This document shows positions 21,971-31,066 of a stretch of 64,000 bases of DNA, in pieces. The DNA lies in contig CALKOM010000001.1 of assembly GCA_938091905.1 (NCBI GenBank), forward strand, positions 47,138 through 111,137, written 5' to 3'. The notes beneath the pieces are model-generated. The model had not been told where the DNA came from. It searched no databases and saw only the letters and a program-made list of their open reading frames with translations. The position numbers and the translations under genes are program-made. Source of the stretch: an uncultured Verrucomicrobiales bacterium (lineage in GTDB: Bacteria; Verrucomicrobiota; Verrucomicrobiia; Verrucomicrobiales; DEV007). The stretch's first letter is position 1. Each line of letters opens with the position of its first letter.

Positions 21971-23239
21971 CTATCGGCCAGTGGGATGCTGAAGATAGCG
22001 CTCCCGCCATTGGGATCGAGAGATCTTTCCTCGACTATTCGGGCGGAGATCCTCGCAGACCCACCAGCGGCGCGGGCGTTGCCAGGCGGGAAGGGAAAGC
22101 GCTTCTGTAATGGTGTTGAGGCCGGCGCCATCTTCGGGATGAACCACGGCGACAATTTCGTCAACGCGCTCGGTGTTTTTGCTAGGAATGCCAAAGACAA
22201 TGGCGTGAATGACAGTAGGTAGCTTGAGAATAGCCTCCTCTATGATCTGCGGCGAAACTTTCCTGCCGGCGACATTGATAGATTCACCGTGGCGGCCCTG
22301 AAGGTAGACAGCGTCTCGACGTTTGATCAACGCGTGGTCAGTGGTTAGGAACTGACCACCCTTAAGTGATGGGTCGTGAAGGTCGTCGGCATAGCCGAGA
22401 CCGACAGCGGGGCTGGTGACCTCGAGGCGCGTGTTTACAATGGCGAGGTTCACACCATCCATGGCCGTGCCGACGAATGCAGGTTCTGTCCTAGGCAGGG
22501 TAGACCGGTCGTAGGCAATGCCACCACATTCAGTCGAGCCATAGAAGTTGTGAACCTTGATGCTACACTGTTCATAAATGGCTTGTTCCAGAGCAAGTGT
22601 GAGAGGGGCTCCAGCAGAAATCGCTAACTGAACCCGTTGATCGAGAATTCCAGCGCCTAACCAGGCGCGCCACATGGCGGGGACAGCTGGGAGGGTGACG
22701 TGGTCGAACGATTGCAGCGCGCTTTTGATCGTAGCGGGCAAGGCATCCTTTACGAGGACAAGAGGGATGCCGTGAAGTAGGAGTGGCAAGACAAGGTTGG
22801 AGAAGCCGTAGGAATGCGCTAACGAGATGATGCCTAGATTAGGCCAGTCGTTTCGAAGGCCCATGGTGGTGACGATCTGATGGGCATCTGCAGCGAGTTG
22901 TTCTTCGGTAAACCACACGGCTCGAGGTGCGCCCGTAGACCCGGAGGTCCGTTTGACGTGGCACGCGTTTGCTGGTGGGGTTAGCGTTGTGGGAATGGGA
23001 TCATCTTGATTCTCACAAGGGCACAGGATGTTGCCATCGCGCCAACTGGCCAAGGCGGTGATCAGGAAGTCCACGCCGCGACCGCGGGCTTCGCGGATGG
23101 GCTCGCGTGAAACGGGCTCGGCGTTGGCACGAGCGTGCAATTCCGCAAATGTCCAGTGCTGGCCACTGGCGGCATCGACCAGCGCCAGTGCTGTCGCGTT
23201 GGTCGTCGCTATTTGAAGCCAGTGCTCGTAGAGGGTCAC
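21971..23239 (-). CDS. class I adenylate-forming enzyme (acyl-CoA/acyl-ACP ligase-like)
   Basis: TSGSTGAPR, HSYG, SAGAPL, YGSTECG, INVAGRKVSP. Confidence 0.88.
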   Translation of the reverse strand: MTLYEHWLQIATTNATALALVDAASGQHWTFAELHARANAEPVSREPIREARGRGVDFLITALASWRDGNILCPCENQDDPIPTTLTPPANACHVKRTSGSTGAPRAVWFTEEQLAADAHQIVTTMGLRNDWPNLGIISLAHSYGFSNLVLPLLLHGIPLVLVKDALPATIKSALQSFDHVTLPAVPAMWRAWLGAGILDQRVQLAISAGAPLTLALEQAIYEQCSIKVHNFYGSTECGGIAYDRSTLPRTEPAFVGTAMDGVNLAIVNTRLEVTSPAVGLGYADDLHDPSLKGGQFLTTDHALIKRRDAVYLQGRHGESINVAGRKVSPQIIEEAILKLPTVIHAIVFGIPSKNTERVDEIVAVVHPEDGAGLNTITEALSLPAWQRPRRWWVCEDLRPNSRGKISRSQWRERYLQHPTGR

Positions 23240-23315
23240 GGGAACGAGAGTTCACCATGTGTGGTCCTTTGACAACTTGGATACCCTTGAAGGGTTTACA
23301 GCCTCAAGAATCCTT

Positions 23316-25625
23316 ATGACCCGATTGCTCCTCATATTTCTTCTTGCCATCGTCACGACCGCGTTTGGGGACGTGCAATTCGATCGCGATATTCGCCCAA
23401 TTCTTTCTGATCGCTGTTTCCAGTGCCACGGCCCCGATGAACATGATCGCCGGGGGAAACTGCGACTGGATCAGACTGGTGGAGCCGACGGCGCCTATAC
23501 GAAGGGGGCGCTGAGTCCCGGCTCTCTCGCTGATAGCGAATTGTGGCAGCGAATCCACCACCAGGATCCAGATGAGGTCATGCCGCCCCCGGAGGCTGAG
23601 AAGAAGCCGCTGACGAAGACAGAACGTGCTCTGATTAGGCAATGGATCGAGGAAGGGGCCGCCTACCAAGATTTCTGGGCGTTTGTTCTACCTAAAATAC
23701 CTGTTGTTGAGGTGGGGGAAGGGCAGCCGATTGATCAGTTGGTCCAGCGCCAGCTCAAGTCGGAAGGGCGTCAGCTGAGTCCAGAGGCGGATCGTCGTCG
23801 CTTGATTCGTCGGGCTACCCTCGACATCACGGGCTTACCGCCCACTCGGAAAGAGATCCGGGAATTTCTAGCTGATACCTCAGAGGGAGCTTACGAAGCG
23901 CTTGTGGACCGTTTGCTGGCCAAGCATGCCTATGGTGAACACATGACCAAGTATTGGTTAGACTTAGTGCGCTTCGCCGATACGAACGGCATTCATCATG
24001 ATCACTTTCGCGACATGACTCCCTATCGAGATTGGGTGATTCGTTCGTTTAACGAGAATATTCCTTATGATCGCTTTGTGGTCGATCAGTTGGCTGGCGA
24101 TCTGTACGAGGCCCCGTCACGCGGTCAACTGATCGCTTCAGGCTTTAATCGGCTCCATCTCATTATCGATGTGGGAACGGCGCTTCCTGAGGAGAGTTTT
24201 ACCAAGAATGTGATCGATCGTGTCACGGCTGTGGGTACGGCGTTCATGGGGCTCACGGTCCAATGTGCTGTCTGTCATGATCACAAATATGATCCGATCA
24301 CGGCGAAGGATTTTTATCAGCTCTATGCGTTTTTTAATAATCTCGATGCGAAGCCAGAGACAGGAGGTCGGAGTGGTACAGATTTCAAACGCGGCTTACA
24401 ACCACCTTACATTGATCTGACGTCAACGGCGCAGGAAGCTGAATTGTCTGAACTTGCCCGGAAGATCAGGTCGGCCGAGACGGGGGAGCAACGCAAGGCT
24501 CTGGAGGAGAAGCGTGATGCTCTCCTTATGACGATCCCTGCAGCGATGGTGATGAAGGAGAAGAGTGAGGTGCGTCCCGCGCACATCTTGGTCAGAGGAG
24601 CCTATGACAATCCAGGCGAACAAGTTCAGCGGGGGACGCCGGCCTTTCTTCCACCGATGCGGGCTAAGGAGGGCAAGAAGACGCGCATGGATCTCGCTGA
24701 GTGGTTTGTTTCCAAGGAGAATCCACTGACTGCAAGAGTGGCAGTGAATCGTGTGTGGCAGCAGTTCTTTGGGGTGGGGTTAGTCAAGACATCAGAGGAC
24801 TTTGGTAATCAGGGCGAATGGCCGAGTTATCCTGAGTTGATCGATTACCTAGCCGTGACGTTCATGGAATCCGGTTGGGATACAAAGTCGCTGGTGAAAG
24901 AGATTGTGCTCTCGAAGACCTACAAGCAGGTGTCTGAAGCGAACCCAGAGGTCTTTAGGGCTGATCCTGAGAATCGCGCTCTTGCGCGGGGTTCACGATT
25001 TCGCATGGACTCCGAGATGATTCGTGATCAAGTTCTTGTCACTAGCGGAATGCTAAATGAGGACATGTTTGGCAAGAGTGTGAAGCCGCCGCAACCGAAG
25101 GGGCTCTGGAAATCGGTTGGGATGCCAAGCTCCTATCCTAGAGAGTATGTGCCTGATGAAGGCGACGAGATTTATCGTCGAAGTGTCTATACCTTTTGGA
25201 AACGTGGCATGCCTCCTCCGCAAATGACAATTCTCAACGCGCCTTCGCGCGAAGCGTGCATTGCTCGCCGAGAGCGGACGAACACGCCGTTGCAGGCACT
25301 GCTTCTTCTGAACGAACAGGAGTATCTGAAAGCAGCACAGCATCTTGGGTTGCAAGTTCTCGGCAATTCGAATGCCAAACGCGATGATCGCCTCACGATG
25401 GTTTACGAGACGATCACTTCGGCACTGCCGGATGCGCAAGAGAAAGCGACATTGCAAAAAGCACTTGCCGATCTCATAGCGCTTTACCAAGGGCAACCTG
25501 AACTCGCCGAGCAACTATGTGACGGCGTGGAGTCTCCTCCAAGCGTTGAGGCGCCAGAACTCGCTGCGTGGACGATGCTAATCAGTTCGCTCTATAACCT
25601 CGATATCACCAAGACACGTCAATAG
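23316..25625 (+). CDS. planctomycete cytochrome c + DUF1549 + DUF1553 (PSD1) protein
   Basis: [45 protein letters not shown] 23316 opens a signal peptide. Confidence 0.92.
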   Translation: MTRLLLIFLLAIVTTAFGDVQFDRDIRPILSDRCFQCHGPDEHDRRGKLRLDQTGGADGAYTKGALSPGSLADSELWQRIHHQDPDEVMPPPEAEKKPLTKTERALIRQWIEEGAAYQDFWAFVLPKIPVVEVGEGQPIDQLVQRQLKSEGRQLSPEADRRRLIRRATLDITGLPPTRKEIREFLADTSEGAYEALVDRLLAKHAYGEHMTKYWLDLVRFADTNGIHHDHFRDMTPYRDWVIRSFNENIPYDRFVVDQLAGDLYEAPSRGQLIASGFNRLHLIIDVGTALPEESFTKNVIDRVTAVGTAFMGLTVQCAVCHDHKYDPITAKDFYQLYAFFNNLDAKPETGGRSGTDFKRGLQPPYIDLTSTAQEAELSELARKIRSAETGEQRKALEEKRDALLMTIPAAMVMKEKSEVRPAHILVRGAYDNPGEQVQRGTPAFLPPMRAKEGKKTRMDLAEWFVSKENPLTARVAVNRVWQQFFGVGLVKTSEDFGNQGEWPSYPELIDYLAVTFMESGWDTKSLVKEIVLSKTYKQVSEANPEVFRADPENRALARGSRFRMDSEMIRDQVLVTSGMLNEDMFGKSVKPPQPKGLWKSVGMPSSYPREYVPDEGDEIYRRSVYTFWKRGMPPPQMTILNAPSREACIARRERTNTPLQALLLLNEQEYLKAAQHLGLQVLGNSNAKRDDRLTMVYETITSALPDAQEKATLQKALADLIALYQGQPELAEQLCDGVESPPSVEAPELAAWTMLISSLYNLDITKTRQ

Positions 25626-25631
25626 ATCGTC

Positions 25632-27071
25632 ATGTTACACGACATCAGAGAAGAACCTAACATGCTGCAGGCGCGGCGGCAGTTTCTGAAGACATCAGGG
25701 ATGGGTCTAGGCGCGGCCACGCTTGGTTCGCTACTGCCTCAGAATGGCCACGCTCGCGAGATCAGCGTGGGTTCTGCCAAGGCCAAACACGTCATCTTCC
25801 TTTTCATGGCAGGTGCTCCGAGTCAGGTCGATTTGTTCGATTACAAGCCTGATTTGCAGGAACGCTTCCGCGAGCCGTTGCCTCCTAGCATTAGCCAAGG
25901 GCAACGTGTGACTGCGATGACCAAGGGGCGTCAGCAGTTGGTTGCGCCAACGATGTTTGGCTTTAAGAAGCGGGGCAAGAGCGGTCTCTGGATGAGCAAT
26001 TTGTTGCCGCGCCTTGGCGAGGTGGCCGATGAGCTTTGCCTCATCAAGTCGATGCATACGAATGCAATAAATCATGACCCTGGCAAAACGTTTATTTGCA
26101 CGGGAAACGAGCTTCCTGGAAAGGCGAGCATGGGTGCGTGGTTGAGTTATGGGTTGGGCTCGATGAATCGAGATTTACCTGATTTCGTGGTGCTGAATTC
26201 CGCTTATTGGACAGGGGGAACTCGCAACACCCAGGCGCTTTATAGCCGCTTGTGGGGCAGTGGGTTTCTGCCTTCGAAGCACCAAGGGGTAGCCTTCCAG
26301 ACGTCGGGAGATCCCGTGCTGTTCCTTTCTAATCCGAAAGGCGTTGACCAAAGCGTGAGGCGAAGAATGCTCGATGCGGTGGGCGCATTGAATGAGAAAC
26401 ATTACCGCGAGATCGGTGATCAGGAGATTCAAACGACGATCGCCCAGCAGGAGATGGCTTTCCGCATGCAGGCTTCCGTGCCTGAGTTGACCGAAGTATC
26501 AGGCGAGCCGGAAAGTGTGACGGATCTCTATGGTCCCGAGGTGAAAAAGCCAGGCTCGTTTGCGAGAAACTGCTTACTTGCGCGGCGCATGGTGGAGCGG
26601 GGAGTGCGATTTATCCAAGTCTTTCATCGAGGGTGGGATCACCACACGATCTTGCCCAAGCAGTTCCCAGGTCAGTGTTTCGACGTCGACCAGCCTTCAG
26701 CAGCCTTGATTACGGATCTCAAGCAACGTGGTCTTCTGGAGGATACGATGATTGTCTTTGCCGGCGAGTTTGGGCGGACGGTGTTCTGTCAGGGAAAGCT
26801 GGAGCGCACGGATTACGGTCGTGATCATCATCCGCGTTGTTTCACTGCCTGGATGGCTGGTGGCGGAATCAAGGGTGGAATTTCTTACGGTGAAACCGAT
26901 GAGTTTAGCTACAACGTGGCGAAAGATCCGGTCTCGGTGCGTGACCTTCACGCGACGATGCTGCATCAGTTAGGCATCGATCACGCGAAACTGACCTTTC
27001 CGTTCCAAGGGCTGGATCAGAAACTGACGGGTGTCGAGGCGTCGCGGGTGGTGCGAGAGATTCTGTCCTAA
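25632..27071 (+). CDS. DUF1501 domain protein
   Basis: ARRQFL, FMAGAPSQVDLFDYKP, GEFGRT, GRDHHP. Confidence 0.93.
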   Translation: MLHDIREEPNMLQARRQFLKTSGMGLGAATLGSLLPQNGHAREISVGSAKAKHVIFLFMAGAPSQVDLFDYKPDLQERFREPLPPSISQGQRVTAMTKGRQQLVAPTMFGFKKRGKSGLWMSNLLPRLGEVADELCLIKSMHTNAINHDPGKTFICTGNELPGKASMGAWLSYGLGSMNRDLPDFVVLNSAYWTGGTRNTQALYSRLWGSGFLPSKHQGVAFQTSGDPVLFLSNPKGVDQSVRRRMLDAVGALNEKHYREIGDQEIQTTIAQQEMAFRMQASVPELTEVSGEPESVTDLYGPEVKKPGSFARNCLLARRMVERGVRFIQVFHRGWDHHTILPKQFPGQCFDVDQPSAALITDLKQRGLLEDTMIVFAGEFGRTVFCQGKLERTDYGRDHHPRCFTAWMAGGGIKGGISYGETDEFSYNVAKDPVSVRDLHATMLHQLGIDHAKLTFPFQGLDQKLTGVEASRVVREILS

Positions 27072-28315
27072 TCCTCGAAGCGGCGCAGGATGATAGAGGC
27101 GTTGTGCCCTCCGAAGCCGAAGGAGTTGCTTAACGCGATATCTACTTTTGCTTCGCGCGCTTTGTTAGGCGTGTAGTCCAGGTCGCACTGGGGATCTTGA
27201 TCTTCGAGATTGATGGTCGGTGGAATGATCCCATCTCGCATGGCGAGGGCGCAGGCGGCAAACTCAACACCACCCGCGGCGCCTAACAGGTGACCGGTCA
27301 TGGATTTGGTCGAACTTACGATGGTCTTCTTGGCGTGGTCACCAAGGGAGCGCTTGATGGCAAGTGTTTCGCAAACGTCACCAACCGGTGTGGAGGTGCC
27401 GTGAGCGTTGACATAATCGACCTCTTCGGGATTGAGCTTGGCGTGTTTGAGCGCCATGTTCATGCAGTTGCTCGCTCCGTGACCTTCAGGCTGAGGTGAG
27501 GTCAGGTGATAGGCATCAGCTGAGACACCGTAGCCTGCAAGTTCACAATAGATTCGTGCTCCACGTGCTTTGGCGGCTTCCAATTCCTCCAGCATCATGA
27601 TGCCGGCACCTTCACCCATGACAAAGCCGTCTCGCCCGACATCGAAGGGCCTTGAGGCTCGCTGCGGGTCGTCGTTGCGTTTGCTGAGGGCCTTCATGTT
27701 ACCAAATCCTGACAAACCCATGGGGCGAATGGAGGCTTCGGAACCACCGGCAATGAAATAGTCTGCATCGCCAAATTTGATCATGCGCCAGGCTTCACCG
27801 ATGCAGTTGTTAGCTGTGGCGCAGGCGGTAACAATGCTCATGTTAGGGCCGCAAAGGCCGTGCTCCATGGCGATTTGACCGCTAGCGATGTTTGCGATCA
27901 TCATGGGAATGGTCAGAGGCGAGACGCGGCTTGGATTGCGTTCTAGCAATTTCTTGTGATTGTCCTCCAGCGTGCCAAGGCCGCCGATGCCGCTACCGGC
28001 AATGACGCCGATGCGGTAGGGGTCAATGCTAGAAACGTCTAGCCCAGAGTCGTCGAGAGCGAGTTTGGCTGCAGCCATAGACAGCTGTGTGTAGCGGTCC
28101 ATGCGTTTGCCGTCCTTGGGGGTCTTCAGATAGTTGGTCACATCAAAGTCGCGAACCTCGCCACCAAAGGTGCAGCTGTATTCAGAAGTATCGAAGGCCG
28201 TAATAGGGCCAATCCCGCTTTTCCCGTGAGTGAGATTCTCCCAGAAAGTGCTGAGATCGTTACCCACGGGTGAGAGGACACCCATGCCTGTTACCACTAC
28301 TCGACGTTCGCTCAT
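27068..28315 (-). CDS. fabF: beta-ketoacyl-ACP synthase II
   Basis: RRVVVTGMG, TACAT (catalytic Cys), NAHGTST, KSMTGHLLGAAG, SNSFGFGGHN. Confidence 0.96.
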   Translation of the reverse strand: MSERRVVVTGMGVLSPVGNDLSTFWENLTHGKSGIGPITAFDTSEYSCTFGGEVRDFDVTNYLKTPKDGKRMDRYTQLSMAAAKLALDDSGLDVSSIDPYRIGVIAGSGIGGLGTLEDNHKKLLERNPSRVSPLTIPMMIANIASGQIAMEHGLCGPNMSIVTACATANNCIGEAWRMIKFGDADYFIAGGSEASIRPMGLSGFGNMKALSKRNDDPQRASRPFDVGRDGFVMGEGAGIMMLEELEAAKARGARIYCELAGYGVSADAYHLTSPQPEGHGASNCMNMALKHAKLNPEEVDYVNAHGTSTPVGDVCETLAIKRSLGDHAKKTIVSSTKSMTGHLLGAAGGVEFAACALAMRDGIIPPTINLEDQDPQCDLDYTPNKAREAKVDIALSNSFGFGGHNASIILRRFED

Positions 28316-28445
28316 TGTCTTAGGAGGCCCCGGAGGGCAGATTTTGGCGCTAAGGAAACCGGATCATCCTCCGACGCAATCATTAAATGCCTCTGAATAC
28401 GAGAGACTTGGGCCTCGTCTACTATGGCGAAAGGAGACATATCCC

Positions 28446-29021
28446 ATGAACAAATCAAACTTCCTTAAATCAGCGTCAACGTTCGCCATTGCAGCGGGCT
28501 TCTTTGTAAACGCGGCCTCTGCCGACCATCGCAAAGACAACGTGGGCAGTACCATTTGGAAGATCGAAAGATCTACGGATGCCTTGGCCGAGTGCTTCCG
28601 TCATGAGCTGCAGGATCGCGGGCTCTGGAAGCCACGCGGGGCCTATGCCGTCTTGTTCAAGCGCGTAGCGACCTTGGAGAATCAGGGCGATAATTTGTTG
28701 AAATACTATAAGCGCGGTAAGGGTTACGCTTACCTTGCGAAGGCCGTTGCGATCACCGATGCGAATGCTCATGAAGCGGCTGACTTGGCCCGGCACTTGC
28801 GCGTTTCTCGCGTGACGGTCAACGGTATCAACCAAGTGAACGCGATGCTTCACTCGCTGAGGGGCCTGTGTGGAAACTACCGCGCTCCGAGGGCGCATCA
28901 CTATGAACAGCGACGAGGTCACTACGATTATGGTCGTCGCGGGCGAGTCTACGACGAACGTCGTTATCAGAGAGAAGCGCCCATCCGTCATGCCTACCGG
29001 GAAATTCGCTGGATCTTCTAA
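28446..29021 (+). CDS. hypothetical secreted protein with an Arg/Tyr-rich tail
   Basis: AAGGAG RBS upstream of ATG 28446; signal peptide ending ASA-D. Confidence 0.7.
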   Translation: MNKSNFLKSASTFAIAAGFFVNAASADHRKDNVGSTIWKIERSTDALAECFRHELQDRGLWKPRGAYAVLFKRVATLENQGDNLLKYYKRGKGYAYLAKAVAITDANAHEAADLARHLRVSRVTVNGINQVNAMLHSLRGLCGNYRAPRAHHYEQRRGHYDYGRRGRVYDERRYQREAPIRHAYREIRWIF

Positions 29022-29027
29022 GTTTGG

Positions 29028-30872
29028 CTACTCTATGGTGACAATGTCACCAAGCTTGAGCACACTGTAGAAGTGCTTTACGTCGGACCACGGCATGCGA
29101 ACGCATCCGTGAGAGGCGGGGTAGCTAGGCACATTGGGCGAATAATGCAGGCCAAAGTCGCTGCAACTCAGTCGCATGAAGTATGGCATGGATGAGCCAT
29201 AGATGGACGAGTTGTGGTGGCGGTGCTTGTTCGTGATTACGTAGGTTCCCTTGGGTGTGCGGTTTCCGCGTTTACCAGAAGAGACTCGAGATGAGCTGAC
29301 GGCTTCACCATCCTTGTAAAGCGTGGCGCGTTGGCTTTTCAGAGAGACGGTCACCGTGCGTGATTTGTCATTGGCTTCTCGTCCCAAGATCAACTGCATG
29401 ATAGGAACATTGTGGCGTTCGGCTGCGAGGGCCACTGCATAGCGACGAAAGCGGGCGGAGTATGCGTTCCGCTCAGCCCCATGGCTAATGAGATCGCTAA
29501 CAGTGCTCTGCTGTTCCGTTAGGGCAGCCAGCATGAGGTAGGTGAGATTACGATCACGCTTGAGATAGTAGGTCGTCTTGGCGTCGCCTTCAAAGTAACC
29601 GAGGAAGGCTTTACTTGGCGGATCTTGAAGTCGAAGGTTTGGGTCGGCACCCATTTTTAATAGACGTTTGGTCACGCGGTCCTGTCGGGCAGCGATGGAG
29701 AGGCCGAGCACACGTTGCTCAATCGAGGTAAATTCGTTCGGATCAGTGCCTTGATCGAGGAGGAGATTTACGCACTCCGGGCTGCCACTGAAGATAGCGA
29801 GTTCTAACAAGCCTTCTTTGTCTGTCCATTCTTTCTGATGATTGTGGTAGTGAGTAGCAATGATTTGAGCGCCAGCACCGTGGCCACATTGGATCGCCCG
29901 GCGAAGTGTTCCCGTCGGATGAGCTCCTGCTTCGAGTAGCTCGATGACGCAACCCGTCTCAGCGAGATCCATGGAATGATTGATTAGAGTAATTCCAGAT
30001 TGAGGATGCTTGGCATTGGCACTCACACCGTGATCCAAGAGGTGCCGAACGGTTTCGGTGTCACTTTGTTCGATGGCTGTTAGAAGGTAGAGAGCGTGTT
30101 GCTGGATGTCGACTTTGGCCCCGCTTTCTAATAGAAGCTTTACGGATTCCGCGCAGCTGTCCTTGATAGCGAAGTCTAGGGGTGTTTCGCCCTCCTCTTC
30201 ACTTGCGATGTTTGGGTTGGACTTGTTCTTTCCGGACAGAAGAGCTCGCGCGACGGTGAGATCATCTTGACGGATAGCGTAGTGCAAAGGGGTGCGGCCT
30301 GTTTTGTCGCGGACATCAACATCGATGTTGGGGTGAGTTAGGAGAAGCTTTAACAACGTGCCATCTCGCTCCTGGGTCGCTTTGAGCAACGCATGAATTT
30401 CATTCTCCTCACCGCCCTGCTTGAGTGCGACGTTAGGATTCTGGATGCGGGGAAGTAGTTTCTTAACGACGTCAAGATTACCTAACTGAATCGCATGGGC
30501 GAGTGGGGGGACGCCGTGTTCATCTGTTTGGTCGCAGTCGACGCCTGGCTGTTCCGTGAGAAAGTTCGTAATGGCTTGCTCTTTCTGAATAATGGACGCG
30601 ATGAGCGGTGTCTTGCCATCGTCGCTCAGACCATTGAGGGGAACCCTCGCGGTGTGTAAGAGGGTGACCATTTCCAGGTCCTTCATCTTGATCGCGTTGT
30701 GAACACTGCGGGGTATTTGCTCGATCCCCGCTTCCCTGAGTTTTCGCATGGCCTTGTACCTGGGCATGCTGTCCCACAGAACCATGGAGCCAAGTGGGAT
30801 CAGAAGACCAGCGACCCAGAAGGCGAAGTAGTGCAGTTTCTTGGGCTGTGTCTCTTGATCAGTCACGGGCAA
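29028..30872 (-). CDS. ankyrin-repeat + L,D-transpeptidase (YkuD) fusion, N-terminal membrane anchor
   Basis: Ankyrin units GKTPLIAS, GRTPLHYA, GETPLDFA. C-terminal VSSGK..RTPKG and GLH...ASHGCVRM. Confidence 0.9.
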   Translation of the reverse strand: MPVTDQETQPKKLHYFAFWVAGLLIPLGSMVLWDSMPRYKAMRKLREAGIEQIPRSVHNAIKMKDLEMVTLLHTARVPLNGLSDDGKTPLIASIIQKEQAITNFLTEQPGVDCDQTDEHGVPPLAHAIQLGNLDVVKKLLPRIQNPNVALKQGGEENEIHALLKATQERDGTLLKLLLTHPNIDVDVRDKTGRTPLHYAIRQDDLTVARALLSGKNKSNPNIASEEEGETPLDFAIKDSCAESVKLLLESGAKVDIQQHALYLLTAIEQSDTETVRHLLDHGVSANAKHPQSGITLINHSMDLAETGCVIELLEAGAHPTGTLRRAIQCGHGAGAQIIATHYHNHQKEWTDKEGLLELAIFSGSPECVNLLLDQGTDPNEFTSIEQRVLGLSIAARQDRVTKRLLKMGADPNLRLQDPPSKAFLGYFEGDAKTTYYLKRDRNLTYLMLAALTEQQSTVSDLISHGAERNAYSARFRRYAVALAAERHNVPIMQLILGREANDKSRTVTVSLKSQRATLYKDGEAVSSSRVSSGKRGNRTPKGTYVITNKHRHHNSSIYGSSMPYFMRLSCSDFGLHYSPNVPSYPASHGCVRMPWSDVKHFYSVLKLGDIVTIE

Positions 30873-31066
30873 ATCCTCGCCTGAAATTACACGGTCTATT
30901 AGGATTTTTTATAAACCGGATCTTTAGGGATTCAAGAGCTGCTCGAAATAAAAGTGGTGGAAGGCGAGCTTGAATCAGATGCTGCAACTTGCGGCGTGAC
31001 ATTAGCACACCCACGTTTATTTCTAGCATCTTGAGACGGCGTAGCCTCGTCTCGAAAGCCAAGCTC

